This document shows, one piece after another, positions 1 through 13,044 of a stretch of 64,000 nucleotides of DNA. Origin of the DNA: Camelus dromedarius (Eukaryota); assembly GCF_036321535.1 (NCBI RefSeq), contig NC_087436.1:53880001-53944000 (forward strand), read 5' to 3'. The position numbers and the translations under genes were made by a program. Below the pieces are notes generated by a model, which made no database searches, had not been told where the DNA came from, and worked only from the letters and a program-made list of their open reading frames with translations. How positions within the stretch are numbered: position 1 is the first letter of the stretch; each line of letters begins with the position of its first letter.

Positions 1-3000
1 CCTTCAGAAATAAAATAACCTTTCTCCTTTTTTTTCTTTCAAGGCAGATGAATGCGGATGCATTGTTCCCATTCATCTGGATAAAATGTTCAGGGTGTTG
101 TTTCGAATGAAAGAGAAAAAGTTCACAGAATATTGTGTTAAGGTGCTGATCATTTAGGAAAAAAAAATATTTTTTAACTCTCAGGAAATTTTTTTCATTA
201 GTTAGGACATGTGGAAGAGTTGGAATATTATCCCTGACCCTCCCTTTCTATCTGAAGAAACTCAGATAAACCTCAATGGCTCTGACTGGCAAAATCGCTC
301 ATTAAGTAATCACAGATCCTTGTCTTAAGTAGGAAGAGAAGAAATTAAACAGAAGGAGCTGGGGAACAGTGTTCCCTAGGGGCTCACAGACATTTGTGTG
401 TTGGAGAGTTTCAGTCTGAAAGATGAGCATTTCTGTGTCTCATTGGGAAAGGGGGAGTATGGGCTCTTTCTTCTTTAAAAACAAACTCATCCCCTTCCCC
501 CTGCCCCATCCCATTACAGGTACACTGTGTGTTCCAGTCATTCCCCCAAACTTAGAAAACCTGTATATGAATATGAAACAGTGTGTGTGCATAATGCTTG
601 TCCCTGCTGATTTTTATATATTTTTAACAATTTCCATATTTTTTGTGTTTTCCAAAAATTTGTGTCTGTGTATCCACACCTTTTTCACGTTTAGTTTGTG
701 CTTTACTTTTTCATCTGCCGGTACCTAGTGAATTTTCCTCTGTACCACTAGATATTCCCTGCAGAGGGGAGTTGTGGGCTGAGAGCTTCTGTGGCTTTAG
801 CGAGCCCCGACTTGTCCATCTCCATTCGGCACTCTGTGTTCCAGTGTCTCCTGTGCTCTCAGCTCCTGCATCATGTTCTGTGCTTTTAATCTTAATGGTA
901 GCCTCCCCCCTTTTAAAATTTAGATGGATTTTAATGTATTGGAAAGTGGGCAAAGACCATTTTCACTCGATTACAAAGAGGAGCCTTCTTTGGGCTGAAC
1001 AATCTCTAACGTCTTCAGTAATATTATCATTTATTGTGTGTCTGTTGTGGGGCTCAGGCCCCTTGCTAAGCACCCTTCCTGCTTTCACATTGTATTTATA
1101 GCTACCCTGGCTGGGAGGTGGTGTTCTTGTTTTAGAAAAAGATGAAACCAGGGCTGAAAGCAAGGTGTGAGGCCAGGCCAGGACTGGAAGCCCCCTCTGT
1201 CTCTCTGACCTTTTACTTGCGACTCGCTGGGACATCGTGGTGGGCAGCAGGGGAGAAATGTTGGTAGGCACTTGGTGAACCACTGCAGCTCTGCTAACCA
1301 TTAACGGGGCCCCGATGGACTGGGAATCGGATTCATTAAAAGACCTAGTCCTAGAGGTCTCTGGGAGAATGTTCAAGATCTCTGAGGAGGGTAACTGTTA
1401 ACAATCTCCTAAGAATTAGTCTTAGGCTACACGCATGCGAGGAAGGTAAATAACCTTGACGCAGACAGGAGAAGAGCCTTTAACAAAATCTCTCATCTCT
1501 CAGGAGGAACCCTACGTGTCATTAGCAGTTGGTAAGTTTAGACAAAATAAAAGAACTGCAACTCAACTTCAGGAAGGCAGTGAAACACGATGTGCTAAAA
1601 CCTGTAAAGGTTTGAGAGGTTGATTGTTTTGGTGACAGGGGTCAATTTAAGGATTAATGAGTCAAGAGATCTACAAAGTTAAAATTTCCTTTCTTTGCAC
1701 TATTCAGTTCTGTTCAGCAAATACTTCCCCAGGCCAAATGGAACCATTAGCCTGACTTCTAGCCTTCTTTTAAATGATGAAATTGTGGCCAGCTTTGTGA
1801 ATGTAATTTCTGCTTGACTCTGGGGACCATGGGTCAGATGAATTTTCTAATGCCTTAAGGGAAGTTGGTTGATGAAGAACTGGTTTCTCTGGGTCTCACC
1901 CGTGGTGTTAATGACCCATTTCTACCATGAGATTCTGATGTTTTTCAGTTACCGAAATGTGTTAGTGTTCTCTGTCATGTAATTTTAAATCATAGGCACA
2001 TTTGGGGGATAAATTTTATTCATATTTTGCTTAAAAAAATAAATGAAACCAAACTAAATCCAGAACATTTTGTACGGCTCCTTCTTATTAAGATTGTTTA
2101 GTCATTGGTGGGTGATGTGAAGAGAACAGTGCTCAACAATTTGAGAATTCTCTCATAAATCAAAAAAAAAAATAGCATTGGATGACAGTTTTTGTATAGT
2201 TCCAAATGGTGATTTAAAATCATTTGCAGTTGTTACCTACTTGAGAGTGGAGTTACTCTGATTGTAAAGTTGCTGTTTGATGACCTCGAGTACTGAAATG
2301 CCATAGACGAGATAGGCAGAACCGCGTGTAAGACAGTGTGCTTGAGTGTGCTTGCCTTCACGTCGTCAGGTTAGACCATCCGAGAGAACTAAAATTCTGG
2401 GGCTCTGAGCGTGCTCACCCAGGGTCTCTTGGAAGAGCCTTTACAGAAATGTCTAGAAATTGTTAGGATTGTTTGGGTTGGTAGCCAGAGACAAGCGTAA
2501 ACAGAACAAAATAACAATTTTTAATTAAAAAAATGTGGTTAAGGAGAAGTAGGTGTCTGCCCTCCCTCCAACAGCCCCTGCACCAGAGGAAAAATGGGTT
2601 TGTAGCATTTTTGGGGGGGAGGAGTGTATGTTACTGTAGTTCAGCCGTTGATGAAAACAACATATGGTTAGTTTTATGAGGACTTAGAGACAGATGGTGA
2701 CCTATGGGCTAATTATGCAGTGGGCAAGATTCTTTAAACAAATCACTGTGATTGTGGCATGGCTCTTTCTCAGGAGTTAGACAGTCTGGACTGTTTATTG
2801 TCACACCAGGTAAACACGTTCCAGGTGAATGGGGAAGAGGCGCTCCGTGAGGGAAGTATATGAACAACTTCTTTTCATCTCCATGTTCATTTTAGTGGCT
2901 AAAGAGAAAAAGGAAGAAAAGCAGTCAAAAGAGGCAGTTACAATAAAACTCTTGCTTATGCTACCACTGCACTATTTCGGACCGCTCGCTTTCTGCAGAG

Positions 3001-3199
3001 CAGAGGGTTTGGCCCTGTTAAACATCAACATTTGACTTTTCGTCACTTTGAATGAAACCCTCTTTGAAGGAGCGAAATAAGGTCTGAGATGAGCCCGCGG
3101 GCAGGGCTTCCACCTGGGAGCCTTCCTGCTTGCTTCTCCCGCCCCCGGAGCCGGCCCTGCTCGGCTCCCCAGTTCCCTTGGGCCCATCCCCGTGCCAAG

Positions 3200-3435
3200 G
3201 TTGCGCCCTCTTCTGGGCTCTCCCTCTCCCTGACTTCACTACACTACACTTTGCAACCATCTGACAGATTATTATTATTTTTTTAACTTAAACATTTGTT
3301 TATTCCACATTTCTTTCCCCACAGGAAAGCCTCACAAGGGCAGGGGTCTTAGACGGCTCTCTGCTGTGACCTCTGCGCCTGGAATAGTGCAGGCACAAGA
3401 GCTTTTAAATATTTGCTGATACAATTAACTGACGG
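3200..3435 (+). mobile_element. L2 LINE 3' end fragment
   Basis: L2-like 3' terminus (…gcgcctggaatagtgcaggcacaagagcttttaaatatttgctgatac); boundaries approximate. Confidence 0.6.
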
Positions 3436-3729
3436 ATGAGAACTCCTTTAATCTTCACTGTGCTGCACTGGGGGCCCTGTTCTCTCTTGCCTGTGCCCTG
3501 GTCAGATGTACCGCTCATGCACCACTCCTGTGCTTAGGGTTCTTGGCATTCAGCTCACTGTATTTCTAATGCCTTTTCTGGTCTTTCTCCCCCATTGGAC
3601 TGTCTCATCTTTGACAGTGGACATTTTAGAGGTTTTCCATGTTGTTCACAATGCCCAGTGAGACTTACTGGCACTTGTTTATAGACCGCATGAGTAAACG
3701 AATTCCCCAAGGAACATAGTCACTGCCCT

Positions 3730-3850
3730 GGGCTCTTTCTTTCACAAAACCCTTTGAGGTAGATGGTTTCATGCCCATTTTACAGATGCTCAACTGAGAG
3801 AAGCAGCCATGATTTGAATCCAGATTAGCCTGACTTCAAGGCTCATCTTT
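3730..3850 (-). mobile_element. MIR SINE fragment
   Basis: Reverse-strand MIR core: cccattttacagatg…actgag…gatttgaatccag. Confidence 0.7.
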
Positions 3851-3959
3851 GAATATGCCCATCTTTTCACACCTAAGGACTCTTTCCTTCAGTGTCAAAT
3901 TTCTCAAACCTCACACATCATGACAGATTACTTTGTTTTTATTTTTTGTTTAATGTTGT

Positions 3960-4220
3960 TTTAAAATACTTGATTTTTTTATGGGCAGTTTTCAGTTGAT
4001 AAAATTGAGAAGATGGGGCAGAGATTTCCCACATGTCCGTTGCTCCTCACACACCTTTTGATAACCACCTCCATTGTCAGCGTGACTCACCAGAGCAGTA
4101 CATTTTTCACCAAGGATGACGTATCACCCAAAGTCCATGGTTAACCTTGGGGTTCACTCTTGGTGCTGTACATTCTGTGGGTTTGGACTACATATAATGA
4201 CATGTATCCATCATTATAGA
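3960..4220 (-). mobile_element. L1MC-like LINE 3' end fragment
   Basis: atcacccaaagtccatggtt…ttcactcttggtgctgtacattctgtgggtttggac resembles an L1MC 3'UTR in antisense. Confidence 0.7.
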
Positions 4221-5233
4221 AGGTACATATATTTTTTACTTATCTGATTGAAAAACTGTACAATAGAAATGCTGTAAGAGTAGCAGTGCTTTTAGTTAAG
4301 AGCTTTATTAACTCTACTAATATACATTTGAAAAATAGCCGGTCCGCTACGTGGGAAGCCTTCTTATCTGTGATGATGCTCGGTGCTCCCTGGAGCGTCA
4401 GCTTCCTGTAGTAACTCCGTGTCCCCCGGCAGCCCTGGGACCCCTCTCAGGCACCTCTGCATCCCCTGTGTGTCCTTCCTTCTGTGAGTGGCTGCAGGCT
4501 TCTGGATCCGCTTCATTCTTTGCTCCACCCTTCAGGATGTGATGTCTCCTTGACTGTCCGTATAGCTCACAGCCAGCCCCATTTCTTCCTTCTAATTTGC
4601 TGCTCTGTAATAAGCCTCTGGTTCAGAAGTCAGGTGATCCAGCCTGCTGAAACTTGTCAGAATGAGCAAAAGGGACAGGTGGGCACTGAGTGAGCAGCAG
4701 AAACCTGGATGACATGGGGTCTGTCCTGTAGAGGAATCTGGCTATGGTCCTCATCAGGGTGCCTGCTGCTAGGCATTGCCCGGGCACTCATTGCACACGA
4801 GCCAGTGTCGCTCAGTTCTGTGGGAGGTAGGTTGTGGACTTAAGGGAGGTGGGGTGGAAAGAGTAGAGAGGAAGAAAGGATAGGCAGGCAGGATGAAGAA
4901 GCATGGCCATGGGCAAAGGTGAGGACTCGAGGGGCAGGTCGGCTTCATGTCAGGGCTGCCTCAAACCTCCCTCCCTCTGCGTGAGCTTCCCTGGTGCAGA
5001 TGCTGTGTTGTGGCTTTTCACAGTCATGCTTTTTTCTTCTCACCCTGCAGAGGGCTGAAATTTGCAGTCAGGATTTGTCTATGCTCTATAAATAAGGCAA
5101 ATTAGGGGTACAAATAAGATGCTACAGGGGACCTTACTTAGCCTTTCTACTATAGAAGAGTGGTTGCTTTTGTTTTGCTTTATTTTTTATCACAGATTAT
5201 AGTTAAAACTGCTATTAATGTGGGAGTCTCTGG

Positions 5234-5553
5234 GGGGAAAAAAGATACAAATGAACTTATTTATAAACCAGAAATAGACTCACATAGAAAACAAACCATG
5301 GTTACCAAAGGGAAAGTTCGGGGGAGGGAGAAATTAGGAGTATGGGGTTAACGTATACACATTACTGTATAAAACACATAAACAACAAGGACCTATAGCA
5401 CAGGGAACTATATTCAATATCTTGTGATAACCTGTAATGGGAAAGAATCTGAAAAATATATTTATAGAAGTGTATAACTGAAGAATCACTTTACTATACA
5501 CCTGAAACTAACAACATTGTAAATCAACTATACTTCAATTAAAATTTTTTTTA
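5234..5553 (+). mobile_element. Cetartiodactyl-type L1 3'UTR, 5'-truncated, with TSD
   Basis: gatacaaatgaacttattt…acacctgaaactaac…aaatcaactatacttcaattaaaa; flanked by aatgtgggagtctctgg (5217-5233) and aatgtgagtctctgg (5554-5568). Confidence 0.9.
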
Positions 5554-7149
5554 AATGTGAGTCTCTGGTCTGCACCCAGGATGTACCACGTCCTACCTGG
5601 GGTATCTCTAGCCATTTTCTATTGTTAGTGCCCTTTCCCCATGATTTGGTTGAAAAGCCACCACAGAAATATGAGATACTGATCTAGTTCTTCACCTCTG
5701 TATCAGTTTGCTCATCCATTTGCCCATCCCGTCACACCCTAACTTTTCCAAAAATAAAATTTAATACATTTAAATATATAAAATATAAATATACAATATG
5801 TGATATATGTTATAAATACCTTACATGGTTTAAGGAGTCATAAGGGATGTGTGGACAGGGTATGATATTAGAATGTCTAATAATAAGCACTCAATAAATA
5901 TTTGCTGTTAACTATTACACTTTTTTGTTTATTGTTTTTAAGTAAATTAGGAGAATGTGTGAAGGGAAAATCAGGGATAAAAGTAATCTTTTTACACTGG
6001 TGAGCAATTCAACTTGCTGAAAGTGTGCTGCAAATGTTTCCCTGAGCTTCCTGTTAACCAGTGCAAAAAGGGAAACACGTCAGCCTCATGTTACAAAATA
6101 CACAATACTGCTTAGAGAAGTCATGGGGCCTGGTAGAATGGATACTGTGTGATAGTGTAAAACAGCTTTAGCAAAATCCCTACAGTAAACACCATGAGGA
6201 ATTTTTAGGTCAGCTTCCTAGGATATTCCTCAGTGTTGGCCATTGGGACAACCAAAAAACGCATCTCAATAGAGTAGACCACCAGGGACAAAGCTGTTTT
6301 GAAGGTGTATTCTATAGAATGTGTAATGGAAATACTTGTTTCCTAATCTTCCAGTCTCACTCTTCTGCAAACACAGCTAGTATATTATACTAAGACTGGG
6401 TGGATTGTTGGGGTGAGGGGTGGGGTAAAAAATGTGAGCAGGAGGTATGAGCTCTAACTAAGACCATCTTTCTTTCTGCTTTTTGATATGTCTCTGCATT
6501 TTATAATGTCTGTCTTTCAGTGCTCTTAGTTATGTATTTTCCTGTGTACCTCTGTCAACACTGACATGGTGACTGAGGAAGATCCTATGACTTTCCAAAT
6601 TTTCCAATTTTTGGTGACCCTAGAATATTTTTTTTGCTTTATACTGGACATCATTACTTTTTTGGAAAATTCCGTTGGGTTGCAAGATAACAATATCTTG
6701 GAATTGTCTTGCTTTCTAATTTTGCTTTTCTTATCAACTCTGATTTTGTGATCTCTTAAATTCTCAGTGAGTGGAAAATTAAATTGTTAATATGAATTTC
6801 AGTTTTGGAATTTTATACTAGATGAGAGTGTAGTCATTACATAGGCAGTGCCTCACAGGTTTGGTTTTGGCCTGAGTATTGAGTGTTTGCCTTTTCGTGG
6901 GTTGTCATAGACCTGGCTTCTACCTTTATTTCATTATTGGGAGTTTTCTACAAATGTTGCTGCAGTCTCTCAGCTAAAGTCATATTTTTCAATCTTCTTG
7001 CTATTTCTTTTTCACCACTTACAGGATGAAAGAAGGTAAAATTAGATATGACTTGATGTCTGATTTACAATCAACGTTTCAGTGGATTCAAAAATTCAAG
7101 AAGGTGAAAAAACAACATTGATTCTTCTTTTTAGAAAATCATTCATCTC

Positions 7150-7375
7150 TTTTGGCTGAAAAAGTTTAGTTTTTCTCCCCCATGGTGTTCCTTTTAGACA
7201 TTCCCATTGTACCCTGTGCATACCCCCATCATAGCACCTATATTTACTAAAATAGTAAATTAACCTGTCAACGTCACTAGACTGTAGGCTCTTTGAAGGC
7301 AGGGCTCCCTGGTGACTGGTGGCGTAATATCTGGCATGTTGTAGATACTTGATAAGCCTTTGTGGAATGAAAAGA
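7150..7375 (+). mobile_element. L2 LINE 3' end fragment
   Basis: cactagactgtaggctctttgaaggcagggc…ctggcatgttgtagatacttgataagcctttgtggaatgaa. Confidence 0.7.
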
Positions 7376-8282
7376 GTGACCAGCAACATAATACCTTTAT
7401 GGTCCCAACTGGTCATTGGACTGGGCATAGCTACTATACTGTCATCTCCAAGGACTGTCCCAAGCCAAATCCAGTTCAGTAAACCTTCTCTCTGTGTTTT
7501 AGAGGTAGAGGCCCTACTCTGAGTCCTTAAAATTGAAAATCTTAGTCATCTTTGCATTTCTTTGTCCCCTTGATTTTCTCTTGTATTTTCTTTTTTTGTA
7601 CCCCCTCTGTTCCTATTGCCTCTACTCTAGTTTACACTTTTCGTCACCTAACACCTGTGGCTTGCAAGCTAGCTTTGCTGACACGAGTCTCCCTTGCTGG
7701 CCCTGCAGCAGGCAGACTGGCTGCCTCCGACATCCCTCCATGAGACCCCGTGGAGACAGTCAGTGTGGGCTTTCCCAGGGAGCTTTGCAGAGCAGCCTGT
7801 TCCAATAGGCGTCCTCATTCCCTTGGTGACCCTCCACTCTATGGGCTCAGAAACGGATTTGAGGAGCATAACAAGAGTTCATCTCTCCATCTTGTTGACT
7901 CAGTTCAGGAAATGGATATATAAAAGCGAATTGCTAGCTTACTGATTTAAAATGAGAAGAGAACTGTTTCTACTTCCATTTCATGGCCTGGAATTCCAGT
8001 GTGGGAACAGCGGGGACATACTTTCTTCCTGTGGCCAGACCTGCATGGAAAGCCAAATCATAATCAGATGCTTAGTTGGCCAGCATGGAATAAAAACAAA
8101 GAAGTTAAGTTTCAGATGGCATCAGGGTAAGTCGGAGGCGTCCATTTCACGGTCCGGAGGCTTGCCAGTGGGAGTACCCAGAGGGAGTTGGCTCATCTCC
8201 GCAGGGGCACTGACTTGCCCCAAGGTCCTGAACCCTCCAAGGACTAAGGATGTTGCCCGTGGCTCTCTCCCCCTGTCTGTTG

Positions 8283-8364
8283 CTCGGAGCAGCAAGGCCA
8301 CTGTGGCTGTCTTTAAATCTCCACTCGGAGCGGCAAGGCCACTGTGGCTCTCTTCAGATCTCCA
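8283..8364. repeat. 41-bp tandem duplication (2 copies, 4 mismatches)
   Basis: ctcggagcagcaaggccactgtggctgtctttaaatctcca followed directly by ctcggagcggcaaggccactgtggctctcttcagatctcca. Confidence 0.95.
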
Positions 8365-9219
8365 CTTTCAGGTCCGACCAGGCCTGGTCTGATGGACATT
8401 CTTGCACCTAGATTCAGTACTTTCAATTTGGGGCTTTAGAGTGGTTTCTCTAGGATGTCTTTGCAGATCTGGACTTTTAAAGTTTAGCTCTGAAAGCAGT
8501 ATTATTTCCATAATTTCAGAGCCTTACTGTTACCTACCACCCCTACCTCATCTCTCTTTTCCTCTAAGACCTCATTAGCTCCCTGACTCTTGTTGGAGGA
8601 AGTCTGAATTTCTCTGCCTAGCCTTCAAGCTCCCGCCCACCTCGGTTGCACTAGCCAGTCCTGATACCTGCTTTCCTCCCTGTTGAATAAGTGGCCTAGA
8701 GCAGAAGCCTCAGCACAAGTCATTCGTGTCTGCTGGAGTTTTTTGAGCCCCCAAAATTTGTCTTTGTCTCTTTCATAGGATTGTTGTCAGGGCCAGATAA
8801 AGTGATGTATGATCGTTTATTTATCAGTGTAGGATTCTGCATGGGTAGGGTGACTTCTTCTTTTAAGTTATCATATGTTGAGCACAAGCACTTCATACAC
8901 ATAGTTTCACTTAGTAGGTACTATTATTATCCCCATCTTACAGATGAGGTAAGTAAAGCTCAAAGTCTCAGGACTGATAGGGGCTGCCTGATCTGTCCAA
9001 CTCCTTTAATCCACTCTGAACTTCCAGTGCCCTCTGTCACATGAGGCTGGACTCTTCACTCACCTCCAAAGTAGCCCCTCCTATTTCTTGCATCTCTGCC
9101 CCTCCAGCCTGGCGAAGACCCACTCACCTGTCCAGGTCTCCTTCAGGTTGTACCTTCTCTCACTCCTCTTTCCTCTCCGGCCCTCTTTGCTCATCATTAT
9201 CCCTGAACTCCTATGGTGC

Positions 9220-9390
9220 ATGAGGATGTACTGGAGTCAGACCCATCTGGGATTACATCCAGGCTCTGCTGTGCTGCTTTGAACAAGCTGGTTAACCTCT
9301 CTGAGTCACTGAAAAAATGGACAGTTCCCTCATGGGGTTTCTGGATGATTCCTTAAAACAGTATATGTGAAAGTCCTTTGTAAATGGCTA
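9220..9390 (+). mobile_element. MIR SINE
   Basis: ctggagtcagac…ggctctgct…ttaacctctctgagtc…catggggtt…atatgtgaaagtcctttgtaaa. Confidence 0.7.
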
Positions 9391-9414
9391 AATGTTCCTG
9401 GCTTCCTCAGTAAA

Positions 9415-9635
9415 TCAGCTGCTTTCAAACGTACTTTTACTCTGATCCACAATAAGAAGTATATTTTAACTTCGTGACTTGGTGGTGGTGAATACACAGA
9501 CTTGAATCAAAAGTTTCACAAGAGTTTTCTCTTATTCTTGTATGTGTGTGTGTGAAAACCAGTGCTGATTTTGATCCATTTAATTGACTTCGACTACCCA
9601 CTATGGAAGGCTAGCCACAGTTTGGGGAAAAAAAC
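9415..9635 (+). mobile_element. hAT-Charlie MITE (Charlie4-like)
   Basis: tttcaaac…ccacaataagaagtatattttaac…caaaagtttcac…acccact…cagtttg; same motif order as the copies at 26780 and 38650. Confidence 0.6.
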
Positions 9636-12600
9636 CACCTGGCCCAGATGGCGATAGCCCTTTGAGGGCAGAGAGATTATTTCCTCCAACTGCATCCTCA
9701 CAGGCCTAACAGGTTTTGAGAACCTTGGCAGGTTCTGGTTGATGGGTTTTCGTCTGGGGGGTAGAGGAGACTTGAGCCAATTATACAGTCATTTATCGAG
9801 TGCCCTTTTGCACAAATCGGCCAGCAAGGCCCTGGGGGCGGCTTTGTTTCTGCTCTGCTCAGGAGCCTGCACCCTCTTGAGGACATCGTGCTGGCGTCCC
9901 CGTACTTGGCCGCATAGCTGCAGCACAGCTGTTTCTGCGACAATCGACTTCAGTGTTTGATTCCTCTCTCCCGGCCAAGGCACGTCTGTCGCCCCCCCTC
10001 CCCCCTGGGGTTGAGGGGGGATCCGCTGCGTTGGATCTGCCCCTGCCCCGGGCCACGCACCCACCCGCTTCAGAGGCCAGCATCTCTGTTGACATCGTGT
10101 TTTCCCTGCTGTGCTGGCTAGGATGGCCTCCCGCAGCCTCCATGAAGCTCAGCTGTGTATATGCCGCCTGCCGGCCTCCCCAGCATCCAGGCTTCCAGGG
10201 TAAAAGGCTCTTACAGCTTACATCCTTGGGCCGGAGAAAACAAGCCTGCCGCTTGTGGTGCCTTAGCACCAATTTGTCACCCACTTCACTCAGCGCTGGC
10301 CCCCAGCTTCTCCTCTGTATGGAATCTTTCTTTCCCATGGCTGCTCCAGCTGGGCTCCGGCCTGACATTGGAATCACATGTTTTGGCTCCAGCCGTTGGC
10401 ATTATTCTCAAGGTTGTCAGCACACATCTCTGCTGCCATCTTTTTCTGATGCTAAGGTCTTTCCATTAATAGATGTTTTTTTCCCTGGGAGACTTATTGA
10501 GGCTAATACTCCCCTCACCGCCCGCGACAAGGGTTTTACCTGCCAAGTCAAAGACTGATTTCCAGCCACCTTCAGAAAAACACCGGGGATTCACTTTGTT
10601 TTTCAGCCCAATCAGCACACATAACTTTTCCTTCTTCAGTTACGTTAAATGTCACTTGCTTCTGACCCTAGAGAGAGTTTAGAATGACAAGTTAAGGTTC
10701 ATAAGCACTTGTAATCTCAGGAGCCAGAGTAAGGAAAACCGGTTTCCACCATTTCCCCCAAACGGACCTGGCAGACAGCTGGTGCCCCACCTTCCTTCTT
10801 ATTTCCCATCCAAATGTGTCCAAGATGCTGTCTGCATTTTTCCTTCTGTCCTCACTAAAGCCAAAGAACTTTCCCTTGTATTTCCTTTCAGCTTCTAAAT
10901 TGCTCACTTGGCTTTTTATCTGAGCTCATATTAAATTGCTTCATGATTTCATGCCTGGAGAGCCTTTGGCATAACCTGGCTCAGAGAGAAGTGTTGTTTT
11001 TTTGTGACTGGACCGCTTCGCTGCTGCGGCCTCTGCTTACATGTGAGTCGGGCATGCAGGTGAGGCTAGTGCTCTGGGCCAGGGGAAAAGGAGAGACCAC
11101 AGGCACCCAGGCTGACTGTTGGCAGCTGTGATTTACTCAGGAGAGATGTTACTTCTGTGACTTGCAAACAACCCCTGGGGGCCTCAGCCGCTTGTGATAA
11201 GGGCTGCAGAAAAGCGGGAAACTTCATTTCCTTGAGTACGTAACTTTCCTACCTTACAGCAGGCTGAGTTTAATGCAGAGCCGTGGAATTAGATGTATGT
11301 TACTGATGTCACGTCAGCAACCACATCTTGAGTCATTACTCTTTTCAACAATTCTGCTTCAAGAGGATTAAGGGAACTGAGGAAATCCATGTGGGGAAAA
11401 TTTTCTCAACTGTAAATGTGGGGTCTACTATGTATCCGTATCCTTCTCAATTCTTTAACACCCCTGAAATGGGATGAAAAGTTGCTCAAAAGTTCTCATG
11501 CAAAATCATAAGAGCAGGAGATCTGATCCACATGGAGATATATTAGGAAATGATCAGATAAGTTTCTGAAATCCTATTAAAATGCTCAACAGTTATATGA
11601 AACATACAAGTATTAAGTTATTTAAAACTTTAATTGGTATGGCGGAATGGGATGTTCCTGTGATTTTTAATAAAAAAATTCAGGGCACAAGGAGGAAAAA
11701 AAACCTTAAACATCAAAAGGGAAAATGCCCTTTATCTACTCATGAAAACAGTTCCCTTGTTCCTGGCTGTCACAAAGGACACGACAAGCCGTATTGTGCA
11801 GGGTCCAAGGTTCATGAGAAGCAGGTCTGTAAGTGGCAGGTAGTGGGAAAGTGATTTATGTTCCATGAAAAGCCGTTCAGTGGTTGTAACACTCCCAGGA
11901 CATCTGATGCTTAAGGGAGCTATTGTCTTAACATTGGCGGGACAAAGGCCTCAATTACCGGAGGGTGCTGGTTTGGGGTAGCGATATCCTGTCTGCTCTT
12001 CCAGTAAAGGCAGGAGCATGATTATCTAGGATTCTTTAAAAAGAAAAAGCTTTTGTTCTTTCTCAGTTACAGTGGAAATTAAAATAGCACCTTAAAAATT
12101 AGGAACATAGTCAATTTTAGTGGCAGGATCTACTAAGCACATTGGTGAAAGTTAAATCAGATGCCTCCTTATAAAACGTGTGAACAGTATTTACTTTCAT
12201 TTAAATTTAGGAAAACAAATGACTGGCTATTGAAGTTAGGCATGGGAAGCAGTAGTTAGTAATGGGATAAGAGGACTCAGGAGTGACATTAACTTAGATC
12301 ACCTATATTTAGCTTCCACTTGTATTTCATTCTGTGTGGTTTTTTCATTAATCTAAATTTAACTTTCAGAATTGCATTACTCAATATGTAGAACAGTGAT
12401 CAAGAAGTGTTTGTATTTCATAGTAGACCATTATTTTTTCACATTTCTGTGACTTGGAAAATAATAATGGAATTTTACATAGAAAGATTTGTTTATTCTT
12501 TTTAAAGATTTTGTTTGGGGCAGAAACTTGGTATATTCTATGAGAATTTGACAGAAATTATAGCGTTTGCTTCATCAAAAAGCACTTAAGCTGTATACAT

Positions 12601-12817
12601 CATTTAAGTTTCCAACCCTTCTTACTGGCTTTTTTGGTAATCGGAAGTGGAAGCCTAAAAGGAAGGCAGCGACGGCAGGAGAAAAACGTAAGTGAAATTG
12701 TTGCCCAGTCCTTCAGTATGGTGTGGGAACTGTCTTCCATTTAATTTTGTCTTATCAAACGTTTTGGGGCATCAGAAGTACGTATTGGTCCCAGGCTTCA
12801 AGAAGCTTGTAGTTTAA

Positions 12818-13044
12818 CAGTTTTCTCCACCTTGACACCACCGACATTTGGGCTCAGCGGATTCTTTGGGATGGGGGCTGTCCTGTGCATTGTAGGATGT
12901 TGAGCAGCATCCCTGGTCTCAACCTACCAGGTGCCAGTAGAATTCCCCCCACCCCCAGACTCCTGTTGGGACAACCAGAAATGTCTCGATGTAGTTAAAT
13001 GTCCCTTGGGGAAGGAGCAGAATCATCCCATTTCAGAACCACTG
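12818..13044 (+). mobile_element. MER20 (hAT-Charlie MITE), near full length
   Basis: gggggctgtcctgtgcattgtaggatgttgagcagcatccctgg…gacaaccagaaatgtctc…aaatgtccc…agaaccactg. Confidence 0.9.

Noticed and set aside
45..79. Hairpin with bulged C as an iron-responsive element or pre-miRNA
   Set aside because: The loop is CATTGT rather than CAGUGN, the 5-bp upper stem cannot form, and the stem is too short for a pre-miRNA.
9953..10558. Longest ORF (201 aa) and the overlapping antisense ORFs
   Set aside because: The start codon is not ATG, no domain is recognisable, and several frames on both strands are open, as expected by chance in a GC-rich patch.
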